Below the pieces are notes generated by a model. That model was given only the letters and a program-made list of their open reading frames with translations. It did not search any database and was not told the origin of the DNA. From a virus (lineage: Duplodnaviria; Caudoviricetes), in the IMG/VR virus record IMGVR_UViG_3300017978_000048, positions 1 to 54,448 of that record: a stretch of DNA of 54,448 nucleotides. One strand, given 5' to 3'. Positions 18,205-27,784 of this stretch are shown piece after piece. Positions within the stretch are counted from its first letter, which is position 1. Each line of letters begins with the position of its first letter. Made by a program: the position numbers and the translations under genes.

Positions 18205-19611
18205 TTAAAACTTAAACCCTTGGAAATCACGTTGGCTTTCTTTCATACGTGATCCAAAATCGCTCTTATCGAATAACGGCTTATCATCTTTTACATGACC
18301 AGCGTCAGATAATCCTTCTTGAGCAGAGGCTTCAACATCATATAGTTTCATCTTAGCTCTATCAACACCGATAACGAATCGCTTGAAATACGATGGATCG
18401 TTATAACGGTTCTTCAATTGCTTAACAATAATCTGGTTCAACTGCTCAAGTTCCTCATTAGAAACCAACGCAAACATAAAGTCAGCGGTAGCAGGCAAAC
18501 CGAACGATTCAGAAGTATCTTCAAGTCCTGGGTCACTGTTAGTGTAACCTGAACGAGTAGTCTGAGTCGCAGATACAATCGGTACATTATATTCAACTGC
18601 CAATCCACGGAGTTCTTCAGCGATAGCTTTAACATAAGTGTAGGAGTTAACCGAACCACCTTGCTTCATACGCTGAGAGGAACAAATATTTAGATAGTCA
18701 ATAAAGATGATATCTGGAGCAAAGTCACGTTTCAGTTTTAGTTCTTCCAGCAAAGCACGGAAGTGACCAGCGTGAGCAGAAGCAGTGGGGTATTCTTTAA
18801 CAATCAGTTTACCTTGAGTCTTCTTAACCAGCTTTTGAATACGGCTCTCGTAGATATCTTTATCAACAACCTTCAATTCATCCATGGACAGGTTCAACAA
18901 GTTCGCGTCAATACGTTCAGCGATTCGTTCCTCTGCCATTTCCATAGTAATATATAGAACGTTTTTTCCCTGCACTAAACAGGAAGCGCCAACGTGACAC
19001 ATGAACAGGGACTTACCAACACCAGTACCAGCCAAACAGATATTCAGAGTCTTCTTGGACAAACCACCCTTAGTGATTTTGTTAAACATATCCAAGTCGA
19101 ACGGAATCTTCTCTTCAATACGGTGATAGTAATCATAACGTGAAGCGAAGTCATCAAGGTAATCGTGACCAACGCTAGAGTCGAACGACACAGCGAGGGC
19201 GTCAGATACTAAAGCAGGGATAGCATCAGGGGTATGAGTACCGTCTTTACCTTCGTAGATTTTAATAGCACCCATGATAGCAAGGTACACGGCACGGTCT
19301 TTACAGAACTTCTCAGTGTTCTCAACTAACCAATCTTGGTTGATTGGAGCCTGAACCAGAGTCTCTTTAATGTACGTGCCGATATCACCGACTTCTTTAT
19401 CAGTGACACCTTTAGCATTACTCACCTCAATACTCAGAATCTCTGGAGTAAGAGGCTTGTTATACTTGTTGAAGAAGTCAACGATCTGGGTCATGATCAC
19501 CGACTCTTTACGATCCGAGAAATACTCACGCTTTAGAAACGGAATTACCTTTCGGCAATACGCTTCATCAAACATAAGGTTACTCAGAATCTGTTGTTCT
19601 ATTCTCATCAA
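18205..19611 (-). CDS. 41: Replicative DNA helicase gp41
   Basis: AGTGVGKS Walker A, IDYLNI, SATQTTR, QLKNRY; DnaB-like T4 helicase. Confidence 0.95.
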   Translation of the reverse strand: MMRIEQQILSNLMFDEAYCRKVIPFLKREYFSDRKESVIMTQIVDFFNKYNKPLTPEILSIEVSNAKGVTDKEVGDIGTYIKETLVQAPINQDWLVENTEKFCKDRAVYLAIMGAIKIYEGKDGTHTPDAIPALVSDALAVSFDSSVGHDYLDDFASRYDYYHRIEEKIPFDLDMFNKITKGGLSKKTLNICLAGTGVGKSLFMCHVGASCLVQGKNVLYITMEMAEERIAERIDANLLNLSMDELKVVDKDIYESRIQKLVKKTQGKLIVKEYPTASAHAGHFRALLEELKLKRDFAPDIIFIDYLNICSSQRMKQGGSVNSYTYVKAIAEELRGLAVEYNVPIVSATQTTRSGYTNSDPGLEDTSESFGLPATADFMFALVSNEELEQLNQIIVKQLKNRYNDPSYFKRFVIGVDRAKMKLYDVEASAQEGLSDAGHVKDDKPLFDKSDFGSRMKESQRDFQGFKF

Positions 19612-19879
19612 TGCCGCCTGTATATACTATCTCGTTCTTGGCAAGTTGCTCAGTGAGAATATCAATAAGCACATTACCAATCACTTGTTCAAAATCTTTA
19701 GTGTCAACTACAATACCCGTATGGACATCGTAGTCGAATTTCATCTTGGCTTCATCGGTTCCTTCCTCAAAAGAAACCGCACCGTAAGAGTAAATTATAC
19801 CTGAAAAAACTCCAGAAGTCAACTTTATTAAGTGTTGACCTTTGGATGTTTCTTCCAAGACTTCGTAGTCTTTAAGCAT
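19580..19879 (-). CDS. Small protein in gp40 position (head vertex assembly chaperone-like)
   Basis: Lies between uvsX and gp41 as in T4; start at MLKDYEV overlapping the uvsX stop. Confidence 0.55.
   Translation of the reverse strand: MLKDYEVLEETSKGQHLIKLTSGVFSGIIYSYGAVSFEEGTDEAKMKFDYDVHTGIVVDTKDFEQVIGNVLIDILTEQLAKNEIVYTGGIDENRTTDSE
19794..19822 (-). promoter_or_regulatory. Sigma70-type promoter inside the gp40-like gene
   Basis: TTGACT-17 nt-TATAAT. Confidence 0.7.
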
Positions 19880-20948
19880 CTTCTTCGAAGTCCAATTCTT
19901 CGAGGGCTTTATCCAATTCATCGGATTGAACCATCTCGATTTGACCCACTGAGTATTTTGTTTTCACAAACTCATAGAATGACTTTTGAGTCAACAGAGG
20001 TAGCCAGAAGTCTTTGGTATCTGTATCCTTGATACGATACTTCTTGTCTTCAACTACGCCAGTCTCCATGTCTACTTTCGAATACCAACCATTGCTAGGC
20101 TTGATAACGTGTCCTGACTCGAGTGCAAGATCAAGTAGACCAGACCACTTGCTAATACCGCCATCAAAAGATACGGAAACAGGGATTTTAGATTTTTCGC
20201 GAACATAACGAGATTTTTCAACGTTGATAATAAAGTTGTAGCCGACGACTTCAGTACCGTCTTTTTCTTGTTGGCGACCCAAGATGAAGATATTGTCAGC
20301 AGAGTAATAAGCGCCAGTTCCACCGCCAACGATGGCTTTAGGGAACATACCGATTTCCATGTAGGTGTGGTTAACAACTACCATAGGAATGTCTTTGATA
20401 GTCAAGTGAGGTGTAACCATACGGAACAAAGACTTCATTTGTTTAGCACGGGTCATATCACCGACTGACTTTTGATCCAAAGCGTCTTCGACTTCTTTCT
20501 TAGAAGCCAAGTTACCGATAGAGTCAATAACGATAATCACGTGATCGCCACGGTTGATTTCTTTCAACTGAGCCATAACGTCGAACTTCAATTGCTCGAT
20601 GTCGGTGATTGGCGTATGGATAACTCGCTCGGTGTCAATACCGAATGCGTCAAAGTATGACTGTGGAGTACCGAACTCAGAGTCATAGAACAACACAACG
20701 CCGTCTTCGTACTTGTCCAAGTAAGCCTTAGCCATCAAAAGGCTGAACGCTGTTTTAAAATGCTTCGATGGACCAGCCCACATAGTAAGACCTGGAGTCA
20801 AGCCACCGTCGAAACGACCAGACAAAGCCACGTTAATGACTGGAATGGAAGTAGGAATCATATCCTTCTTAGTGAAGAACTTAGACTTAGAAAGGACAGA
20901 TGTATCCTTAATAGTTGAGTTCTTTTTAATACGATCTAGAATGCTCAT
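19872..20948 (-). CDS. uvsX: RecA-like recombinase UvsX
   Basis: AGPSKHFKT, FYDSEFG, IDSIGNLASKKE motifs. Confidence 0.96.
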   Translation of the reverse strand: MSILDRIKKNSTIKDTSVLSKSKFFTKKDMIPTSIPVINVALSGRFDGGLTPGLTMWAGPSKHFKTAFSLLMAKAYLDKYEDGVVLFYDSEFGTPQSYFDAFGIDTERVIHTPITDIEQLKFDVMAQLKEINRGDHVIIVIDSIGNLASKKEVEDALDQKSVGDMTRAKQMKSLFRMVTPHLTIKDIPMVVVNHTYMEIGMFPKAIVGGGTGAYYSADNIFILGRQQEKDGTEVVGYNFIINVEKSRYVREKSKIPVSVSFDGGISKWSGLLDLALESGHVIKPSNGWYSKVDMETGVVEDKKYRIKDTDTKDFWLPLLTQKSFYEFVKTKYSVGQIEMVQSDELDKALEELDFEEDA

Positions 20949-20950
20949 AA

Positions 20951-21202
20951 TTAACCTTTCAAAAATTCCAACAATTGCGCTTCAGTCATCATACCTGACT
21001 GGCGCTTCACTTCTTTACCTGCGTCGTCTACAATGACTAGGGTCGGGACACCACGAATACCATATTGCTTAGCAAGTGCCATATTCGCATCAATGTCGAC
21101 TTCCTCGACAGGGGTTGTAATCTTGTCAGAGGCGTCTTCGAATACACGGCTCAACATCTTACAGGGTTGGCACCAAGATGCCGCAAATTTCAAAACTTTC
21201 AT
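20951..21202 (-). CDS. Thioredoxin
   Basis: WCQPC active site and GVPT cis-Pro motif. Confidence 0.9.
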   Translation of the reverse strand: MKVLKFAASWCQPCKMLSRVFEDASDKITTPVEEVDIDANMALAKQYGIRGVPTLVIVDDAGKEVKRQSGMMTEAQLLEFLKG

Positions 21203-21210
21203 ATATTTCC

Positions 21211-23697
21211 TTATCCAAAAAAATCTTCTAGGGACGACACTTCTACCGCTGACCAGTTTAGAGGTTCCATAATTGTTTTTAACGGTTCAACAAAAACCTT
21301 CTCGAACTGTGTATCGTAATCAATAAAGTTATTTAGACCGAACTCTGGCGGGATTTCCGTGGAGAACGCCATAACGTTTTCACGGATAGGGTTCGGCATT
21401 TTAAGATACACAAACTTAATTTTATCACCCTCGCGAATCAACGGGTAACGTTGTTCGAGACCGTGTCGTTTGATGTAGTGATTATATAGCAAAGCCGCAC
21501 GTACAGCCATCGGAGTCTTCGGTGCATAGATCGGAGAACCAGCATACTGCTTCATACCAGACACGCCACGAGGAAACGCAATCGCTGAAACAGGGAATTG
21601 GTCGAACGTCTCTTTATACTTAGCGATATACTTTTGCACAGACTTTTCATCACCGTGAAGAATATGATCAACCGACTGACGCAACTCTTTACGAATAACC
21701 GCTGGAGTTGAAGAACGAACCATAGCCAAACCAAGAACCTTTTGCTTAGGAGTGGCGTATTGAACACCTTCAGAGTTATGTACGTTCAGCACATAGTTCT
21801 TTTTGGCGATCCAAATACCCTTGTCGGCTAACACTTCGCGCTTCATCTGCATCTTCTGTTCGAATGCATTCATGTAATCAGCGAGGCTTTGATACGTGTT
21901 ATCAATGAACGGCTGGAAGATCTCTTCACATACTTTATCCATGTAACGGATTTTCTGTTCGGTAGTCTTACCTTCGCAAGTACGCTCAACCAAAAGTTCC
22001 ATGGTCAAGTAGATCGAGTCAGTATCAATAGCAATGACGTAGTCTTTATCGACAGTCTTCAATGCCTTGTTCATGTACTTGTTAAGAGCGTTAGCCATCC
22101 ACTGAATGGACAACTGACCAGACAATGTAATACCTTCAGCCATACGAATATCGAAGTAACGGAAGTATGCGTTACCCATCGCACCATAAGCGGAGTTCAA
22201 AGCAATCTTCATAGCCATTTGAAGGTTATTCAATCGGCTAATCTCTTTACGAAGGTTGTTATTCTTCTTATCGTGTTCGAACTGCTGCTCAACAGCCAAC
22301 ATCTGCTTCTTGAACTTGGAACGGTTTTTGTACATCGTTTCCATCAACTCAGGCATAAACCCTTTGATGTCTTTACGATAGCACCAGCCGTTGGCAGTCA
22401 TAGAAAGGTCACGGCGGTGAGCGTATGATGTATCAACTTCTTGATTCAACAAGCCATCCACGGTACACGAGATCTTCTCATGAGTCAAAGTCTCTGGGGA
22501 GATATTGTACTGCATGATCAAGTGAGGATACAGTGAGTTCAAGTCAAACGAAGCCACCCACTTATGAGCGCCAACTTGAACGTCTTTAACATACGCACCT
22601 TCAAACTGAGCATCTTTTGTGCTGTGAGTCTTCATCGGAATAACGATACCCTTCTTACGAAGGTGGTTATAAATGATGGCGTCCCACATACGAACTTGAG
22701 AGTAAACATCTTCAGGGTTAATCTTAGCCTGATATGCCATAGTCAAGTGTAGTTCCAACAGGCGCATCTTATCTTCGAACATATCAACCAACTCAACGTC
22801 GTGGATGTTATATTCCACGAACTGTTGCCAGTAGTTTGTATAGAAGTCTTTGAAGCTAGTTCCTGGGTTCTCTTTCTTAGCATCGTTGAGTTCTTGCTCG
22901 GCGATGTAGTCCAACTTGTAGGACTCTTGCTTCTTGTAGGTGTACTTCTTATACAGCTCAAGATAGTCCAACTGAGAGATACCAGTAATGGTGTAGTGGA
23001 TTTCCTCGTTACCTTTGATGAAGGTGCGACGTTCGGAGATCATACCCCATGGAGAGAACTTCTTAGCGATTGACTCGCCGAGTTCACGTTCAACACGACG
23101 AACCAAATAAGGTACGTCGAAGAAGTCTGTATTCCATCCAGTGATAATATCTGGATAGTTACCTTGCCACCAAATCATGAACTCTTTCAAGAGGTGGAGT
23201 TCGTCATTACAGTGGATATAGACTAGGTCATCGCGGTTATGCACGAATGCGCGAGTACCGAACGTGATAATCTTTTTGGATGTATAATCCTTGACGGTGA
23301 TCAGTAGAACTTCTTCGTTGGCGGTTTTAATATCAGGGAAGCCACCTTCGGTCTTAGTCTCAATGTCAACCGTGAAGATTTTAAACTGTTCGATGTCCCA
23401 GTTGATATCGCCGTCATAGGTATCAGAGATGTACTGATACGCATAATTGGTTTGACCAAAAACAGAAAAGCCTTGGACGCCATCGTAACGTTTAACGAAG
23501 TCTCTGGTCTCACGAATTGAGCCAGGTTTTACTTCGTCAACATACGTTTCGTCCAAGGTCATAAACTTAGTTCGACTCTTAGAGTTGACATACAGAGTTG
23601 GTTGGTAGTCAATACGGCGGTTGTATGCACGACCGTTTTCATAACCACGAACCAAGATCTTGTCACCAGCGGCGTGAACGCTTGTGTAAAATTCCAT
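21211..23697 (-). CDS. 43: Family B DNA polymerase gp43
   Basis: DIET exonuclease, SFDLNSLYP, KIALNSAYG, DTDS; C-terminal SLEDFFG clamp-binding peptide. Confidence 0.97.
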   Translation of the reverse strand: MEFYTSVHAAGDKILVRGYENGRAYNRRIDYQPTLYVNSKSRTKFMTLDETYVDEVKPGSIRETRDFVKRYDGVQGFSVFGQTNYAYQYISDTYDGDINWDIEQFKIFTVDIETKTEGGFPDIKTANEEVLLITVKDYTSKKIITFGTRAFVHNRDDLVYIHCNDELHLLKEFMIWWQGNYPDIITGWNTDFFDVPYLVRRVERELGESIAKKFSPWGMISERRTFIKGNEEIHYTITGISQLDYLELYKKYTYKKQESYKLDYIAEQELNDAKKENPGTSFKDFYTNYWQQFVEYNIHDVELVDMFEDKMRLLELHLTMAYQAKINPEDVYSQVRMWDAIIYNHLRKKGIVIPMKTHSTKDAQFEGAYVKDVQVGAHKWVASFDLNSLYPHLIMQYNISPETLTHEKISCTVDGLLNQEVDTSYAHRRDLSMTANGWCYRKDIKGFMPELMETMYKNRSKFKKQMLAVEQQFEHDKKNNNLRKEISRLNNLQMAMKIALNSAYGAMGNAYFRYFDIRMAEGITLSGQLSIQWMANALNKYMNKALKTVDKDYVIAIDTDSIYLTMELLVERTCEGKTTEQKIRYMDKVCEEIFQPFIDNTYQSLADYMNAFEQKMQMKREVLADKGIWIAKKNYVLNVHNSEGVQYATPKQKVLGLAMVRSSTPAVIRKELRQSVDHILHGDEKSVQKYIAKYKETFDQFPVSAIAFPRGVSGMKQYAGSPIYAPKTPMAVRAALLYNHYIKRHGLEQRYPLIREGDKIKFVYLKMPNPIRENVMAFSTEIPPEFGLNNFIDYDTQFEKVFVEPLKTIMEPLNWSAVEVSSLEDFFG

Positions 23698-24266
23698 TAA
23701 ACTTGTTTCCCATACATTAACATCATTGCGTCATATGCGCAATCGTGAACTGGATGATGCTTGATAACTGCGGCACGGTTGAACGTTGGATGATCAACTT
23801 CACAGTAGCCATTGGATGTTCCATATAGAATATCGACAGCTGTTCTTACATCTCTCCACTTATTATAGTCGGTAATTGTTTGTAAGTCAAGTTTACCTGT
23901 AAGGTGGTCGATGACGATTTGGTCCAATGAACCACGAGCCCACATTGTTTGTTTGCGAGCTTCAGGAATCATAGCCATGTAATTCATCATATGAGCGATA
24001 CCATCGGCTGCGGACATATCCTTAGCAGAAGGTTCCAATGAAACGCCACGAATATACTCGTGCTGTTTCTTCCACCAATTTAGTGTATCAGGGTCAACCT
24101 TGCGACCCATTTTGATTTGCTCGATGGCATCGAACTTGACAAAGCAAGCATCGTCCAAGAGCTTTTGGTAATCTGGTTTTTCGTTCAGGTCAAAATGAAT
24201 CAAAGCAGCCGATAGAATGACTGCATTTGAATCAACACCCAACGTTTCAACGTCGAATAAAAACAT
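23697..24266 (-). CDS. dexA: DEDDh 3'-5' exonuclease, DexA-like
   Basis: FDVETLG, WARGSLD, WRDVRT and HHPVHDCAYD motifs. Confidence 0.8.
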   Translation of the reverse strand: MFLFDVETLGVDSNAVILSAALIHFDLNEKPDYQKLLDDACFVKFDAIEQIKMGRKVDPDTLNWWKKQHEYIRGVSLEPSAKDMSAADGIAHMMNYMAMIPEARKQTMWARGSLDQIVIDHLTGKLDLQTITDYNKWRDVRTAVDILYGTSNGYCEVDHPTFNRAAVIKHHPVHDCAYDAMMLMYGKQV

Positions 24267-24268
24267 TC

Positions 24269-24607
24269 TTAATCCTTATAATCAATGGATGTAAAGTCAG
24301 TGGCTTCATCCATTAGTTCCATAGTGTATGATGGGTTCTCTTTGACTTGGTCAAGGAACGACGAGTAAACGGCGTTCATTAAACCACGCATACAATAACT
24401 TTGTTTGTGGCAACGGTACACGCTACCACTATATCCACTGAACAAAAGGTAATCACCGTCAACTTCGACATTAGTGACACCGCTGTTCAGTTTCCAGCTT
24501 GAACCATACAAGTAACTGCCACCGAAGTTAGCCAAAACTTTGTATGTGGTTTTACCGCTATGGGTAAATTTCAAAACAACCCACGAGTCTGGATTATATG
24601 TACTCAT
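24269..24607 (-). CDS. Conserved phage hypothetical protein
   Basis: YNPDSWVVLK...GGSYL.G.SWKLNSG...SGSVY.C pattern; ATGA overlap with the ligase gene. Confidence 0.65.
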   Translation of the reverse strand: MSTYNPDSWVVLKFTHSGKTTYKVLANFGGSYLYGSSWKLNSGVTNVEVDGDYLLFSGYSGSVYRCHKQSYCMRGLMNAVYSSFLDQVKENPSYTMELMDEATDFTSIDYKD

Positions 24608-25896
24608 TTGATATCCTTAGAACTATCAGCGACAGTCTTATCATCGCGAATTTCGAGAACGATCGGGAGGAACAGAGATTCGTCACCAGCCTTGTTTTTG
24701 ATACGCATGTTATACTTGATAGCAGCGATCTTACCGATAACTTCCTTGCCTTGCTTACGCTGTTCATCAGAGAAGCCAGAGCCAGCACGAACCTTAATAA
24801 CGCCATCGTCTGATTCGAGAATCAAAGCGCCGAGCATACCAGCATACTTGCCTGTACCTTCTTCGATACCTACAATCTTCAAGTCACATTCGAGTTCGCC
24901 TTTGAACTTGATTTGACCCTTGGAGCGTTTGTCTTCCCAGATACTGGCTTTGTCTTTCAGGATGATACCTTCTTGACCAGCGGCGAGATATTCTTCGAAG
25001 AGAACGTTGGCTTCTTCGATTGTAGCAACTTCAGTGCTAGCAACTCGGTAAACCTTCTCTGGCTTATGAGTATCAATCAACAGAGACAAACTATCTAGAC
25101 GCTTGGAGTATGGAGCACCACACTCACCAGAAACAAACATGATGTAAGGGATAACATCCCAAACAGTGGCGCGAACCTTAGCAGCGTCAGCGGCAGTGAT
25201 TGTACCTTTGTTAGCTTTGTTCAGAATACCGTTACCAGTTTGACGATCAAGAGTCAACCCGTTTTCTTCTACTAGAAGTTCACCGTCAAAGACGCAATCA
25301 ACGATACCAGCCATCTTGATGAAGTCTTCGTCAAGGTTTCCGAGTAGTTGAATTTCTTTGCCATTGCGAGAGCGATACTCCACTTTGCCATCCCGAACGA
25401 TTGCGTTGAACCGCATACCGTCCATCTTCAATTGAACGTAGGCTGGGAACTTGATTTTGTCCACGAGCTTCTGTTCGAATGGGCTGCACAACATTACTGG
25501 ATATTCGTGCACCAAGCCAGTCCACACGGCGTTTGCTGTTGATACGGAGACTCCACATTTCAAATCCTTTTGAATAATACGTTCAATGACTTTAGCGTCA
25601 TCAGGGTTCACGGCTTCGAGAATGCGTGTAAGGTGATCAATTGCGGCGTGACCTGTGACGATACGTTCACGAAGGTCATAAAGGGCTGGCAACATAGATG
25701 CCAAAGATGCCGCATGGTCTGTAGTGTTTGGAGTGTAAGCTGGAATCTTACGGATATAGAATTGAGTGAACGGGTCTAGGGCTAGACGTACAACTTCACG
25801 CAGGGTTGTATCGTTACGATTGAGTTCAAGCTGTTCAGTTTTAAACAGGCGACCGTTGTTAGAAGCGAGGTCGTTCAAAAAAGCATTAATGTTCAT
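24604..25896 (-). CDS. 30: ATP-dependent DNA ligase gp30
   Basis: QLKMDGMR motif I, FDGEL, EGIILK and FLP motifs. Confidence 0.93.
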   Translation of the reverse strand: MNINAFLNDLASNNGRLFKTEQLELNRNDTTLREVVRLALDPFTQFYIRKIPAYTPNTTDHAASLASMLPALYDLRERIVTGHAAIDHLTRILEAVNPDDAKVIERIIQKDLKCGVSVSTANAVWTGLVHEYPVMLCSPFEQKLVDKIKFPAYVQLKMDGMRFNAIVRDGKVEYRSRNGKEIQLLGNLDEDFIKMAGIVDCVFDGELLVEENGLTLDRQTGNGILNKANKGTITAADAAKVRATVWDVIPYIMFVSGECGAPYSKRLDSLSLLIDTHKPEKVYRVASTEVATIEEANVLFEEYLAAGQEGIILKDKASIWEDKRSKGQIKFKGELECDLKIVGIEEGTGKYAGMLGALILESDDGVIKVRAGSGFSDEQRKQGKEVIGKIAAIKYNMRIKNKAGDESLFLPIVLEIRDDKTVADSSKDIK

Positions 25897-26078
25897 TTCA
25901 ATTCCTTAAAGGTACGATAACGAGTAGAGAAGCCGATCGCATTCTTAAACTTCGTAACCTTACCAGTGTTTACATTATAAAAAGCAACCATCTTAGACTT
26001 GTCGTCGGTCAGATAGTAGATGTGATTCGGGCAGGGGTGAAGCCAGTCTTTTGTGGTTTCTTGGAAAGCACGCATCAA
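25893..26078 (-). CDS. Small early hypothetical protein
   Basis: 61 aa with GAGGAGG RBS, directly after a consensus promoter. Confidence 0.65.
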   Translation of the reverse strand: MMRAFQETTKDWLHPCPNHIYYLTDDKSKMVAFYNVNTGKVTKFKNAIGFSTRYRTFKELK

Positions 26079-26097
26079 TTCCTCCTAGTATACAATA

Positions 26098-26126
26098 ATT
26101 ATACTACGAACCTGAATTAAAGTCAA
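26098..26126 (-). promoter_or_regulatory. Sigma70-type early promoter
   Basis: TTGACT-17-TATAAT. Confidence 0.85.
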
Positions 26127-26138
26127 GCACTTTCAATG

Positions 26139-26163
26139 AAAAAAGCCACCCGAAGGTGGCTTT
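26139..26163 (-). terminator. Rho-independent terminator
   Basis: AAAGCCACC-TTCG-GGTGGCTTT plus T tract. Confidence 0.85.
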
Positions 26164-26180
26164 GAAAGTAATACTTTAGG

Positions 26181-26480
26181 TTATAGTCCAGCAAGAGCGC
26201 CAGCGCCCATGATTTGGATACCTGAACCGAACAAACGGTTGTATTCGTTTTCCATTTGGACATCTGGAGTTGCTTCAGCGGCAATGGCAGTTTTGTAAAG
26301 GAATACCTTACCATCTGCATATGGCATATATGGAGCAATACCCACGCCCATTTTACCGTCTGGAGTTTGCTGCAACATAATGCTAGCTGGTTTGTCAATA
26401 TGGTAACCGATAGCAGATTCGCTAGTTGTTGCCCCGATCAATTCTTCACCGTTGATCATTTTAAATACTTTGATAGTCAT
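26181..26480 (-). CDS. Conserved T4-like small beta-barrel (Sm-like) hypothetical protein
   Basis: IKVFKMINGEELIG...PY.PY...YNRLFGSGI pattern. Confidence 0.6.
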   Translation of the reverse strand: MTIKVFKMINGEELIGATTSESAIGYHIDKPASIMLQQTPDGKMGVGIAPYMPYADGKVFLYKTAIAAEATPDVQMENEYNRLFGSGIQIMGAGALAGL

Positions 26481-26481
26481 A

Positions 26482-26685
26482 CTATTCCTCTATAATAAGT
26501 TGTTCAATAAAATCCGCTGCCTGATTATGTCCCATAAAGAATCTCACTCTTATATCTTCCATATCATAACAATTCATAGCCATAACCATAACCTGTTTAT
26601 TTTTAAACACGGAGACTTTTAATATCCACTCCCCTCGACGAATTGCGGGGAATGAAATCAGGTTGGTGGTTATTTTAGCTTTCAT
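26482..26685 (-). CDS. Hypothetical protein
   Basis: 67 aa ORF filling the gap between two genes on the coding strand. Confidence 0.55.
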   Translation of the reverse strand: MKAKITTNLISFPAIRRGEWILKVSVFKNKQVMVMAMNCYDMEDIRVRFFMGHNQAADFIEQLIIEE

Positions 26686-26693
26686 ACCAATAC

Positions 26694-27254
26694 TTAGGTA
26701 CGATTTCGTCTCCAGTAGAAATCAAATGCATTAAAGTTATTCTTGACGTACATATCATATAAAGCGATACGGTCAAGGTAAACATCTTCAGCTAACGTTA
26801 TCGGCGTAGCAGGTTCAATATGTACAGTGGCGTCTGACTCACCGTACTCTGAAACGACAGTCATATCATTCTTACGAGCGATATGTTTCATGGCTCCATT
26901 TTCTGAGAGGCAATGCATAAACACTTCAGTGATACCACGAGTACGAAGCCAAGTAACGGCACGGTCAAACATAGCTTGAGCGTAACCTTGGTTTCTATAA
27001 TCAGGGTCTACCGAGCAACCTAACTCAGCTTCACCGTCGGCGATTGTAGCGTGACAAGCAGCCACAAGCATACCGTCAATATGATCAACCCCGAACCATT
27101 TACAGTCTGTGTCAAACGACTTAGTGATGTAGCTAATAATGTAATCGTCAGATACTGTTCCACCGAAACGTAGTCGGCGGTCTTCTCCGCGAAGGGTTGT
27201 TAAATGATTGATAAGTTTTTGCTTATCTAATACAGATAGTTTTCTTGGTGTCAT
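26694..27254 (-). CDS. GNAT-family acetyltransferase
   Basis: SVDPDYRNQGYA acetyl-CoA binding loop; N.AM..IARK; DR.LRF N-terminal motif. Confidence 0.85.
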   Translation of the reverse strand: MTPRKLSVLDKQKLINHLTTLRGEDRRLRFGGTVSDDYIISYITKSFDTDCKWFGVDHIDGMLVAACHATIADGEAELGCSVDPDYRNQGYAQAMFDRAVTWLRTRGITEVFMHCLSENGAMKHIARKNDMTVVSEYGESDATVHIEPATPITLAEDVYLDRIALYDMYVKNNFNAFDFYWRRNRT

Positions 27255-27259
27255 AAACT

Positions 27260-27279
27260 AAAAGGGAGCCGAAGCTCCC
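27260..27279 (-). terminator. Terminator after hsp20
   Basis: GGGAGC-TTCG-GCTCCC-TTTT. Confidence 0.75.
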
Positions 27280-27284
27280 GTCTT

Positions 27285-27764
27285 TTAATCGTTCAAGAAT
27301 TGCTTCTCGCCTTTAGCTTTAACAGGAACCTTCACAGGCTTCTTAGCTTCAGGGATAAGACGCTCCAAAGCGATCTTAAGGATACCGTTCAAAAGTTCAG
27401 CGTTCTCAACTTTATACTCATCGCCGATTGCCCAAGTACGAGTGAACGCACGAGTAGCGATACCGTTGAAGATGTAGTCAGTTGGCTTCTCTGAATTAGA
27501 GTTACCCTTAACAGTCAACTTACCACCGTCAAGCTCCACGTCAATTTCGTGTGTAGCAAAACCTGCCACAGCGATTTCAATCGTGTAGTTCTTATCGTCG
27601 ATCTTACGAACGTTGAATGGGGGATAGTTGGGGATATTCTTAGCCATGTCGTCATGGAATTGTTGCATCTTGGCAACTTGTCCGTCAAAGTCCAAAAAGA
27701 ACTTATCGAACTCCTTGAATGTATCTTTGGCAAAGAACGAAGGGATGAATGGTTTTGTAGTCAT
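27285..27764 (-). CDS. Small heat-shock protein Hsp20 (IbpA-like)
   Basis: NYPPFNV, IEIAVAGF, GIATRAFTR and NGILKI.LER motifs. Confidence 0.93.
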   Translation of the reverse strand: MTTKPFIPSFFAKDTFKEFDKFFLDFDGQVAKMQQFHDDMAKNIPNYPPFNVRKIDDKNYTIEIAVAGFATHEIDVELDGGKLTVKGNSNSEKPTDYIFNGIATRAFTRTWAIGDEYKVENAELLNGILKIALERLIPEAKKPVKVPVKAKGEKQFLND

Positions 27765-27769
27765 AGTTT

Positions 27770-27784
27770 CTCCTATTAAGCGAG
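27770..27784 (-). promoter_or_regulatory. ROSE-like RNA thermometer hairpin sequestering the hsp20 SD
   Basis: CUCGCU-UAAU-AGGAG: CUC(G)CU pairs with AGGAG leaving a bulged G, 5 nt before the AUG. Confidence 0.65.

Noticed and set aside
18205-25896. Inteins, introns or homing endonucleases in gp41, gp43, uvsX or ligase
   Set aside because: The ORFs are continuous and of normal length; no intein termini or LAGLIDADG/HNH/GIY-YIG motifs were seen.
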